Positions 8,570-16,913 of a stretch of 59,225 bases of DNA are shown piece after piece. Source of the stretch: an uncultured virus (IMG/VR IMGVR_UViG_2061766007_000145) (taxonomy: Duplodnaviria; Heunggongvirae; Uroviricota; Caudoviricetes); the IMG/VR virus record IMGVR_UViG_2061766007_000145; one strand, given 5' to 3'. The notes under the pieces are model-generated. The model was not told the origin of the DNA. It worked only from the letters and a program-made list of their open reading frames with translations, and searched no databases. The position numbers and the translations under genes were made by a program. Each line of letters starts with the position of its first letter. The first letter of the stretch is position 1.

Positions 8570-9461
8570 TTTAACGCAGGAAGACATCGAGGCAACTGTG
8601 ACTGAGTTCAGAGAAAGCTTGGCGAAAATCGCAGATGGTAAAATCAGTTTTACCAAGACTCTTGGAACCATCAACCGCAAAGCCACGGTTTTCTTCTCTG
8701 AAATCGCGTGGCTCAAGATGCAAGGCTTGATATGGAACTTTGATAAGGAAGTCGCGTGGCACGGCGTCGCTACTCGCGGCACCGACGAGAACGAGGACGA
8801 TTATTATATCAATGATATTGTGGTGTACCCACAGGAAGTAACCGGAGCCACGGTGACAACCGACCAGGTTAAATACCAGAGTTGGTTGTACGCCCTCAAC
8901 GACGATACCTTTAACAATCTCCGGTTTCAGGGACACAGCCATGTCAACATGGGTACTACCCCATCCGGGGTTGATACAAATCTCTACAACGAGATTCTGT
9001 CGCAGCTCAATGCCGACATGTTCTATATTTTTATGATATGGAACAAACGTGGCGAAAAGACAATCAAAATCTATGATCTCAAAAAGAACCTCTACTTCGA
9101 TACCTCTGATGTAACCGTCAAGGTTATTCAGGGCGAAATCGGAGTAGAGGCTTTTATCTCCGAAGCGAAAAGACAGGTACAGGACAAGCCTGTTACTCCC
9201 GCTCCTACATACACTTCCTATTACAACTACGGAAGCTGGAACAGGAACACGTATCCCAAACCGTCGTACAGCGCAAAAACCGTGAAGCCTGAAGCGAAGA
9301 ACACTGAAAAGAAACCCGACACAAAGCAGTCTGGGTTTGGCAAAGCGCTCCGAAAGGGCAAGAGAAAGAAAGAAGAGAAGAAGGAAGCTATCGTTCCTGT
9401 CACATCGTTCGATGATGATGACGATTGGGATGACTATGGCTACAAAGGCTGGATGTACTAA
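8553..9461 (+). CDS. JAB/MPN metallo-isopeptidase domain protein
   Basis: E...GHSHVNMGTTPSGVD = JAMM motif HxH-x7-S-x2-D. Confidence 0.85.
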   Translation: MAKRINLTQEDIEATVTEFRESLAKIADGKISFTKTLGTINRKATVFFSEIAWLKMQGLIWNFDKEVAWHGVATRGTDENEDDYYINDIVVYPQEVTGATVTTDQVKYQSWLYALNDDTFNNLRFQGHSHVNMGTTPSGVDTNLYNEILSQLNADMFYIFMIWNKRGEKTIKIYDLKKNLYFDTSDVTVKVIQGEIGVEAFISEAKRQVQDKPVTPAPTYTSYYNYGSWNRNTYPKPSYSAKTVKPEAKNTEKKPDTKQSGFGKALRKGKRKKEEKKEAIVPVTSFDDDDDWDDYGYKGWMY

Positions 9462-9486
9462 CTTTTAAGCGAAAGGAAGTGTCAAA

Positions 9487-10008
9487 ATGACGAGAGCAGA
9501 ATTCGACGAGATAGATAACTGGTACGATCTAAAAGACTTTGACAATGAAATCGAGTGTTACTACTGTGAGGATATAATTCACAGAGACGATTTCGACGAA
9601 ATGGTAAACGAAGAGATCGTTGACGCCATAAGAGATTGTTCGTGGTATTGGCAAGATATTCTCTGTGCCCTGAGAGAAATTCCTCAGGGCTATGATTTCT
9701 ATATCCGGAATGGGACACTCGACTACGTTTATGCCGATGACGATGATTTTGAAAGATATAAAGATGATGTGTGCGAATACGCCGAACGCCACGGAGATTT
9801 CGATGACGACGAAGAAGAAGACGATCTCGAAGACGAAGACAGCGTTCCAAAATCATACCCCGGCACAGCCATACAGCCCGAAGATGAGGGTTCTGTGGAG
9901 CAGGAAAATATTTCAATCACTGATTTATTTACCGCTATCGAAACGCCCGAACCCGATGAACCGAGAGATATTGGCTTTTTATACGAAGCCGAAACCAATA
10001 TCGCATAA
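9487..10008 (+). CDS. Highly acidic hypothetical protein
   Basis: D/E-rich 173 aa, SD aaagga. Confidence 0.8.
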   Translation: MTRAEFDEIDNWYDLKDFDNEIECYYCEDIIHRDDFDEMVNEEIVDAIRDCSWYWQDILCALREIPQGYDFYIRNGTLDYVYADDDDFERYKDDVCEYAERHGDFDDDEEEDDLEDEDSVPKSYPGTAIQPEDEGSVEQENISITDLFTAIETPEPDEPRDIGFLYEAETNIA

Positions 10009-10020
10009 GGAGGACTCACT

Positions 10021-10698
10021 ATGAATCTTACTAAGAGTTACGAATTTTTTCAACCTGAGAAAGACCAGTCCCGCATCCACATCATCGGATGCGGTTCCGT
10101 TGGTTCCACCATCGCCGAAAACCTTGCCCGCTGTGGCGTAACAAAGATGACGTTATGGGATTTTGACGACGTTGAAGCACACAATATCGTCAACCAGATG
10201 TTCAGACAGCAAGACATCAGAAAGCCTAAGGTTGAGGCTCTCCGCAATATCATACTCGAAATCAATCCTGAAGCCGAACCCGACATCGAGATTCAGCCTA
10301 AAGGCTGGAACGGCAAGCTGCTCTCCGGCTACATCTTCCTCGCAGTTGACAATATCGAACTGCGAAAGAAGTTTGTCGAACAGCACATGAACTCGCCGTT
10401 TGTCAAGGCGGTTTTCGACATTCGGACGATGCTCACCGGCGCACAGCACTACGCCGCCCGATGGAACAATCCGAAGGAAAAGAAGAATCTCCTTGCGACC
10501 ATGCAATTCACCCACGAAGAAGCCGCCGAAGAAACCCCTAAAAGTGCTTGTGGGGTTACACTTGGCGTTGCCACGACAGTCAGACTTATCTGTGCCCTCG
10601 CTGTGAACAACTATATAAGGTTTGTTAAAGGCAACGGATTGTGGAAATTCGTTCAGATTGATGGATTTGCGGGAGTTCTCGATTGTTTCGAGGCATAA
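10021..10698 (+). CDS. ThiF/MoeB-family (E1-like) adenylyltransferase
   Basis: IIGCGSVGS nucleotide-binding loop, DFDDVEAHNIVNQ, LAVDN, SACG candidate catalytic Cys. Confidence 0.9.
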   Translation: MNLTKSYEFFQPEKDQSRIHIIGCGSVGSTIAENLARCGVTKMTLWDFDDVEAHNIVNQMFRQQDIRKPKVEALRNIILEINPEAEPDIEIQPKGWNGKLLSGYIFLAVDNIELRKKFVEQHMNSPFVKAVFDIRTMLTGAQHYAARWNNPKEKKNLLATMQFTHEEAAEETPKSACGVTLGVATTVRLICALAVNNYIRFVKGNGLWKFVQIDGFAGVLDCFEA

Positions 10699-10721
10699 CA
10701 GCTTTGAGACATAAATAAATA

Positions 10722-10977
10722 AACTGCAATGTATTACACCGTAATGGTGTGCTCTTAGCCGTCGGCAAGAGTGACGAAATGATAAGGCGAAAAACCGGCT
10801 GCCTCAAAGATGCAGCTCATCCCAGAACCCTGGACTCCAAGTAATCCCAAAAGCTAAAAGACCGTTGAACCATCCATGATAGCAGTCTCCAGAGTTCCGC
10901 CCGCAGCACAAAACGGAAGAAATCCGCGCCTTCAGGCGACCCCGAATACAGGAAGCAGCACTTGTTAGATTGCAGTT
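10722..10977 (+). ncRNA. Retron msr-msd ncRNA copy 1 (directly upstream of RT)
   Basis: a1/a2 inverted repeat aactgcaat/attgcagtt, G at 10731, two msr hairpins, msd base stem gctgcctc...gaagcagc. Confidence 0.8.
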
Positions 10978-10989
10978 AAGAAAAGAGGA

Positions 10990-12138
10990 ATGATTATGTT
11001 TTACATCACCGTAAAACAGGCACCTATCTACCACCAGATGACGCTTGAGGAATTTTTGTTCGGTTCATCTACACCTATGCGAGAAAGTCTGAACAACGCA
11101 AATACCCGTACTTATGAAAGAAGCGTCGTAAGCAACAGGCTATTTCAGAAAATGGATATTGATGCACTCATTGATAAGCTCCGTAAATTTAACGAGGACA
11201 CCGCACCACTCAGGGAAGTCCCGCGACATACCCTCTACCGTGAGTTCAGCATTCCTAAAAGAAGCGGGGGCTATCGCAGGATAGACGCACCGAACAACGA
11301 GCTTATGGACGCTTTAAGAAGGCTTAAAACAATTTTTGAGGACGACTTCGGTGCTTTGTATCACACCTCTGCCTACGCTTATATTAAGCACAGAAGCACC
11401 ATAGACGCTGTGAAAAAACATCAGCAGAACGAATCAAAGTGGTTCGGTAAATATGACCTATCCAACTTCTTCGGTTCAACTACGCCGGAGTTCGTAATGA
11501 AACAGTTCGCCTCCGTATTCCCATTTTCGGAGGTTGTTAAAAACTATGCCTATGGAGGCGAAAAAGAGCTGAGAACGGCTTTGGATTTGGCTTTTCTCGA
11601 CGGCGGACTCCCTCAAGGAACGCCCATCTCTCCGCTTATAACAAATATTATGATGATTCCCGTCGATTTCAAGCTCGCTAACGGGCTTGCAGCGCGGGAA
11701 GATCAGAAGTTTGTCTATACGAGGTATGCTGACGACTTTCTCATCTCCTCGCAATATACATTTTTACCGCAGGAGATTGAGGATTTCCTCACACAGACTC
11801 TTGCTTCTTTCGACGCGCCTTTCAAAATCAACTCAGCTAAAACCCGATACGGTTCGTCAAGCGGGCGGAATTGGAATCTCGGCGTTATGCTCAACAAAGA
11901 CAACGAGATTACAATTGGGCATAAGAAAAAGAAAATGTTTCAAATTTCGCTTGAGAATTATGCTATGGACAAGAAAAACGGCGTCGAATGGGACTTACAT
12001 GACGTTCAGACATTAGAAGGATACCGGAACTACTACCGCATGGTCGAGAAAGAGCCGATTGATGCGTTGGTGGAGTTCGTATCGAAAAAATTCGGCGTCG
12101 ATATTCTCCGTGAAATAAAGGAGGATTTGAGAAAGTGA
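10990..12138 (+). CDS. Retron-type reverse transcriptase
   Basis: IPKRSGGYRRIDAP, AYAY..RS..DAVKKH (region X-like), DLSNFF, LPQGTPISP, YTRYADD; no maturase/endonuclease domain. Confidence 0.92.
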   Translation: MIMFYITVKQAPIYHQMTLEEFLFGSSTPMRESLNNANTRTYERSVVSNRLFQKMDIDALIDKLRKFNEDTAPLREVPRHTLYREFSIPKRSGGYRRIDAPNNELMDALRRLKTIFEDDFGALYHTSAYAYIKHRSTIDAVKKHQQNESKWFGKYDLSNFFGSTTPEFVMKQFASVFPFSEVVKNYAYGGEKELRTALDLAFLDGGLPQGTPISPLITNIMMIPVDFKLANGLAAREDQKFVYTRYADDFLISSQYTFLPQEIEDFLTQTLASFDAPFKINSAKTRYGSSSGRNWNLGVMLNKDNEITIGHKKKKMFQISLENYAMDKKNGVEWDLHDVQTLEGYRNYYRMVEKEPIDALVEFVSKKFGVDILREIKEDLRK

Positions 12139-12452
12139 AACCTGAAGATATTAAAATCGGAGACAGATTAAGGATTCGTGAGTGGGAAGATATGGCGAAT
12201 GAGTTTGGATACGAAGGAGACGATATAGCTTGTGATCTTACATTCACGCAAGGCATGAGATATATGTGTGGAATGCCGTTTACAGTCGAGGAAATCTCAT
12301 CCGACTCACGCAGATTTTTCTCTAAAGAAGGAATAGAAGATCACTGGAGCATCTCAGCCGACATGCTTGAACCACTTGAAATTGACGACAAACCCGAAAC
12401 TGACGATGATTTTTTGGAGAGGTTTTCCATGCTATGTGGACAAAACTCGTGA
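12135..12452 (+). CDS. Small protein, paralog 1 of 3 (IGD.L.IR.W.DM..EFG ... I.xDMLE)
   Basis: GTGA overlap with RT stop; paralogy. Confidence 0.85.
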   Translation: MKPEDIKIGDRLRIREWEDMANEFGYEGDDIACDLTFTQGMRYMCGMPFTVEEISSDSRRFFSKEGIEDHWSISADMLEPLEIDDKPETDDDFLERFSMLCGQNS

Positions 12453-12467
12453 GAAGGAGGTTAGCAA

Positions 12468-12785
12468 ATGAAGCCCACCGAGATAGAAGTTGGCGATGAG
12501 CTTAAAATCCGTTCTTGGGACGATATGGAAAATGAGTTCGGCATTAATGAATACGGTAATATACCATGTGAAGGAACATTTACACGAAATATGCAGCACA
12601 TTTGCAACAGCCCGTTTACAGTAAAAAGGATTCGTGGCGTGATGTTCAAAGCCTTTGTGTCTGAGGAAGGCTCGGAGGACGATTGGGTTATATCTGCGGA
12701 CATGCTTGAACCGCGTAAAGCTGATGACAAGCTTGAAGAGTCTGATGAAGACTTCTCTGTGAGATTTTTCAACCTATGTAGTTAG
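12468..12785 (+). CDS. Small protein, paralog 2 of 3
   Basis: Paralogy, SD aaggagg. Confidence 0.85.
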   Translation: MKPTEIEVGDELKIRSWDDMENEFGINEYGNIPCEGTFTRNMQHICNSPFTVKRIRGVMFKAFVSEEGSEDDWVISADMLEPRKADDKLEESDEDFSVRFFNLCS

Positions 12786-12800
12786 TCGGGAGGTAAAGTA

Positions 12801-13133
12801 ATGAGAGACGAAGAAATAGAGATTGGCGACAAACTAAGAATCAGAGAATGGTATGATATGAAAAATGAGTTCGGGGAAGATGGGCTTGGGAGAATTAGAA
12901 CCAGAGCAAGATTTCTTCCGAAGATGAGAGAACTGTGCGGTAGCCCATTTACTGTAGCCGACAAACGCGACTACCATACAGACTTACTGGTGTATGCCTC
13001 CAGTGAGGACTGCGAAACAATAAACCACACTACGTTTCTCATCACATCCGATATGCTTGAACGTGTGACCAACAGCGACGAGCTTGATTCCCCCGAAGAT
13101 TTCGATGCAAAATTCAGCGCATTGTTCGCATAA
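12801..13133 (+). CDS. Small protein, paralog 3 of 3
   Basis: Paralogy, SD ggagg. Confidence 0.85.
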   Translation: MRDEEIEIGDKLRIREWYDMKNEFGEDGLGRIRTRARFLPKMRELCGSPFTVADKRDYHTDLLVYASSEDCETINHTTFLITSDMLERVTNSDELDSPEDFDAKFSALFA

Positions 13134-13145
13134 AGGAGGGGTAAT

Positions 13146-13385
13146 ATGACACCTGCTAATGCAAACGACATTGCACGGGCAATAGGCAGTTATATGACCG
13201 TATCAGACTATAACCACAGTGTATTCAGAGAGGCACAAAAGAACTTGATGTCTTTCGTTGAGTCAGACGGAACGTATGTATATCTGGTACAACCAGACGG
13301 AACGAAAACAAGGATTTTGCCCGGAGCCAAGTTGCAACTCTACGAAATTACACCTATCGGGCTTATGAAAGCGGAGGAATGTTAG
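13146..13385 (+). CDS. Hypothetical protein
   Basis: SD aaggagg. Confidence 0.75.
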   Translation: MTPANANDIARAIGSYMTVSDYNHSVFREAQKNLMSFVESDGTYVYLVQPDGTKTRILPGAKLQLYEITPIGLMKAEEC

Positions 13386-13386
13386 T

Positions 13387-13557
13387 GTGACTGTTAGAGA
13401 ACTGTACGAATGGGCGAAGGAAAACAACGCCATCGACCTCGACATTGAGATTCAGTATCGAGATGATGGCGGGTATTACTATGGATTCGACGATGCCGAG
13501 CCTGAAATCGACACGCGCAAACTATCGTGGCACACCGAGATGGTTGTTAATCTGTAA
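13387..13557 (+). CDS. 56-aa protein, paralog of 46693-46863 (not in ORF track)
   Basis: MTVRELYEWAKENNAIDLDIEIQYRD vs MTIRELYQWAEENDALDLEIEVQYRD. Confidence 0.8.
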   Translation: MTVRELYEWAKENNAIDLDIEIQYRDDGGYYYGFDDAEPEIDTRKLSWHTEMVVNL

Positions 13558-13566
13558 ATAAACGAA

Positions 13567-13878
13567 CTGTGCAATGCATTACATCGTAAGATGTGCTCCC
13601 AGTCGTTGACGGGAGTAACAAAAAGATTAGGCGAGAATCGGAGGAGCTCGCATCCGACGACTCGAAATAAGCACTACGGTGGACATACAATTAAGTTCAA
13701 AGTTTCAAATCGAAACAAAATAAACGCCGCACTCATGATACCACCGCACCACTTGGTTCAGCAATCGTCCGCACTACAAATACCACAGGGTTCCATTCGA
13801 ACAAAAAAAAAAAAATACACACGAGTTGAAAGGAATACCATCGGCAGCGAGCGGGCAAATACTTATTAGATTGCACAG
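13567..13878 (+). ncRNA. Retron-like msr-msd ncRNA copy 2 (no adjacent RT)
   Basis: IR ctgtgcaat/attgcacag, G at 13576, msr hairpins covarying with copy 1, conserved actt.ttagattgca 3' end. Confidence 0.78.
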
Positions 13879-14049
13879 CATAAAAAAAATAGGAGGTGAA
13901 GAATAGTGATTATTGAAGCTATATTTGAGTGGATTTCGCAGCAGACCCCCTCAGAACAGGAAAAGTTCAAACCGGCTCTTATTTCAATCAAGAAAATTGA
14001 AACAGAGCCGCCCGCACCATTGCCCGTCATATAAGAAAGGAATGCTCAA

Positions 14050-14250
14050 ATGGAAAGACTTACCTACAAAAGTATGTTCGGGGATTACGGTTCTGAAAGA
14101 ACATATCCCGACGCATGGGACGAAATCGAAGCTCTCCGTAACGCACTTGGAAAGTACGAGGATTTGGGTTACACACCCGAAGAACTCAAGGTAATCATCA
14201 TGGATGCTCAAGTCCCGCCGATTCCCACACCCGCCATCACTCAAGAATAA
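14050..14250 (+). CDS. Small phage protein (MERLT...LGKYEDLGYTPEE)
   Basis: Common phage small-protein motif, SD aaagga. Confidence 0.75.
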   Translation: MERLTYKSMFGDYGSERTYPDAWDEIEALRNALGKYEDLGYTPEELKVIIMDAQVPPIPTPAITQE

Positions 14251-14256
14251 TATTTA

Positions 14257-14418
14257 TGCTCTGTAATGCAGATTTGATTGCATCCCATTGATACATAAAG
14301 CAATCAGCTCCCAGTCGTTGACGGGAGTACCGCGACGATAATAATTTGTCTCCGGTAAGCTTCGCCATTTATCCTCACACAGACGAGAGGATAACTGGCT
14401 CTTCTCAGATTACAGGCA
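14257..14418 (+). ncRNA. Retron-like msr-msd ncRNA copy 3 (short msd)
   Basis: IR ctgtaat/attacag, G at 14268, 23-nt gctcccagtcgttgacgggagta identical to copy 2, msd hairpin gccatttatcctc/gaggataactggc. Confidence 0.72.
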
Positions 14419-14434
14419 AGAAAGGAAATAAAAA

Positions 14435-14839
14435 ATGTCCAAAGTAAAGAAAACTCCACCCCAATTCTCCCAAATCATCAGCACATTCTGCCAAATGGCT
14501 TCTGACGCAATTCGTGACTATGAATGGAATCAGGCAGAGGTTAATCGCCTTGATAGACTCACACAGGATTACCTTCATCAGCTCGAATTGAAGGACGAAG
14601 ACTGTAAAGCTCGCTCTCGAACAGCTACTCAGCTTGCACGCTGTCGCAAGCTTAGGCGGGAATCCAAAGATACCGTGGAAATTCTTGAACCATTCGTTAC
14701 ATTCATCACATCCGAAAAAGGAAAGAATGTAATGAACCTGATGAGAGAGGCTCTCGGAAAGACCCGAAAGGTTGAAGAAAGAATGACCGGAAGGGTTTAC
14801 CGATACAAGGTACTTCAGGGTGATGAAATCAGTCGATAA
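14435..14839 (+). CDS. Coiled-coil hypothetical phage protein
   Basis: QDYLHQLEL...RRESKD motif, SD. Confidence 0.8.
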   Translation: MSKVKKTPPQFSQIISTFCQMASDAIRDYEWNQAEVNRLDRLTQDYLHQLELKDEDCKARSRTATQLARCRKLRRESKDTVEILEPFVTFITSEKGKNVMNLMREALGKTRKVEERMTGRVYRYKVLQGDEISR

Positions 14840-14865
14840 TCCAAAAGAAGAAAGAGGCGAATCCT

Positions 14866-15195
14866 TTGGTAAAACAGATTACTGATATGGAGACATGGTT
14901 ACTCGACAACGGAGACCGTCTATTCCGCTATCGGGTATATCGCAGAATGTTCACTCCATACGAACAAGAGAAGAAATACATGGATCAGTCAGACTTTGAA
15001 TCAGACTATCATCAGTTCGGATACATCGAAGAAGCTATCGACCTCGGAGACGGTGAGTGGTATTTAGGAATAAGAGAAGTCTTTGACGATTTAGTTATGG
15101 ACTTCCTTACTTACTATTATCTCAGCGAAATACGTCTCGAATATTCCGAGTCAGATCAGGACGGTTATGAATCCGAAATGTGTGAAGAATCATAG
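14866..15195 (+). CDS. Acidic hypothetical protein
   Basis: ORF with SD. Confidence 0.7.
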   Translation: MVKQITDMETWLLDNGDRLFRYRVYRRMFTPYEQEKKYMDQSDFESDYHQFGYIEEAIDLGDGEWYLGIREVFDDLVMDFLTYYYLSEIRLEYSESDQDGYESEMCEES

Positions 15196-15295
15196 CTTTA
15201 GCACCACAGTGGTACTAAGCGCTCTGGAAGCCCCGACCAGTGGGCGTTCCCGGGCTCGGTCTTATAAAAAAATATTTATTATTTCATAATATATA
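15196..15295 (-). repeat. ~100-bp element, inverted imperfect copy of 28485-28584 (putative sRNA)
   Basis: Long identical blocks at both ends, diverged middle retaining a hairpin. Confidence 0.85.
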
Positions 15296-15333
15296 ATAGC
15301 ACTATTCATCAATTTACAAAGGGGAAATTTTCT

Positions 15334-15975
15334 ATGAATTTAAAAGAAGCATTCCGTTATCAGAAATTCCTAACGTCGCTGCTGAACTCCGCATCAGGAG
15401 CAATTATCTCTCGTGAGCACATGTTCAAGACGACAGAGGAACATCTGAAGCACAAAGCAAATCCAGAAGCAGAAGACATGATTGAAGTTGTTGATACGGA
15501 AGATTTTGTTCCGAACGATACCGTGATCGACTTCATGCTTTGGATTGTCGGAGAAAAGGACAGACTCACGGTTGCTATCAACGAAGCAAAGAGAAAAGCT
15601 CCTATCGACATCGACGCAGCTCTCGAAGCAAACAAAGCAAGGCAGGAAATCAAATCTCGTGTTGCTTATATGCTCACCAACAAGGCAAGCGCGAGAACAG
15701 AGAGGGGTACAGACTACCGGTTCAACGCAGAGGGAAACCAGACCGCGTATTTCTACGATATAATCGTGACTACAGAAGATAACTTCGACAGAACAAGGGC
15801 AAAAGAGACTATCAAAATGCTTGGCAATATTTCAGATAGAACATCAGCAGAGATAGACGCTGCTCTCATTAATACCGATGTAAGCTACATCACAGCTTTC
15901 AGCGTCAATGATACATTCGAGGACATCATTGCTGAGTTCGCTGAAAGGATGGCTCTGTCGGAAGACAAGACGTAA
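15334..15975 (+). CDS. Helical hypothetical protein (MNLKEAFRYQ...YRFNAEGNQ)
   Basis: 213-aa ORF with SD. Confidence 0.85.
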   Translation: MNLKEAFRYQKFLTSLLNSASGAIISREHMFKTTEEHLKHKANPEAEDMIEVVDTEDFVPNDTVIDFMLWIVGEKDRLTVAINEAKRKAPIDIDAALEANKARQEIKSRVAYMLTNKASARTERGTDYRFNAEGNQTAYFYDIIVTTEDNFDRTRAKETIKMLGNISDRTSAEIDAALINTDVSYITAFSVNDTFEDIIAEFAERMALSEDKT

Positions 15976-15980
15976 ACAGT

Positions 15981-16420
15981 GCCGCTTCGGTGCTGAATTT
16001 TGAACAGAGATCAGACAAGAAGTTAAGACGGTGTTTTATTGACGACATCGAGAATGTCTATGCTTGTTCCTTTTTAACGGGCATGAGATATTAACTCACA
16101 AACAAATCCGGTTTACTTATTCTGGATTAAAATACAAGCTGATTACTTGTAAATAGTTTGATGATTCGTCAGACGCTAACGCTAAACAAGAGTACATTAT
16201 TCACAAAGTCGCAATTCGCAACTGCGCTAATATTTGCCGAGGCATTAATCTCCGTATGCACCAATACATTAATCGCCACAATCCTCGGCTTTCGATATAC
16301 AGAAGACTGCGGTTTTCTTATGTCACTTTTGTAAATAACATACTCTTTAACTTCTTTTGTCTTTAATCACCGACTGAACTACGAGTCAGGTTTCTGTTCA
16401 AAATTCAGCACCGAAGCGGC
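15981..16420 (+). ncRNA. Putative ~440-nt structured RNA enclosed by a 28-bp perfect inverted repeat
   Basis: gccgcttcggtgctgaattttgaacaga (15981-16008) / exact reverse complement (16393-16420), nested stem, U-tract after; no ORF in track. Confidence 0.65.
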
Positions 16421-16439
16421 TTATTTTTTTATATACGAG

Positions 16440-16913
16440 GTGATAGAGATGATTGATATTCAGATTTTTAATTTCATAGATTCAGACCATCAGGACAGCT
16501 TGTGGTATGGTGGTCACGTAGCTACGGTAACATATGGCGATTTGTTAGTTTCTCTTTATGCCAATGGAGACGTGTACGCTCACCTGTGTTCAGTGGATAA
16601 CGATGGGGCATACAACCTTTATGTAAAAGACAAGAACAATGCCGGAGAGTTTTACGGCGAAATGAGATCAAAAATTAAAAATGACGATGAGCTGCATCAT
16701 GCGCTTCAAACCAGCGAGCTGAGTTTAGACTACGGGAATTGGTGGGAGATTTTTGTCGAGTATAAGGGAAAAGACATCGGATTTGGCGATGAAGGCGGAG
16801 GTGTACTCAACGCAAGCAGTCTGAATGACGCAATATCAGAAGTCATCGGGATGCTTGACTTGATAGAAAGCTGTTGCAAAGGTGGTGATAACAATGGTAT
16901 TTGTAACCGGTGA
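16440..16913 (+). CDS. Hypothetical protein
   Basis: ORF, SD gaggtg. Confidence 0.75.
   Translation: MIEMIDIQIFNFIDSDHQDSLWYGGHVATVTYGDLLVSLYANGDVYAHLCSVDNDGAYNLYVKDKNNAGEFYGEMRSKIKNDDELHHALQTSELSLDYGNWWEIFVEYKGKDIGFGDEGGGVLNASSLNDAISEVIGMLDLIESCCKGGDNNGICNR

Noticed and set aside
10990..12138. RT as a diversity-generating retroelement or group II intron
   Set aside because: I found no TR/VR pair differing at adenines, no Avd-like gene, no maturase/endonuclease domain and no intron domain V. The upstream a1/a2-bounded RNA fits a retron.
13591..13869. 92-aa ORF from the track
   Set aside because: Lies wholly inside ncRNA copy 2, has no SD and includes a poly-A-derived Lys run.
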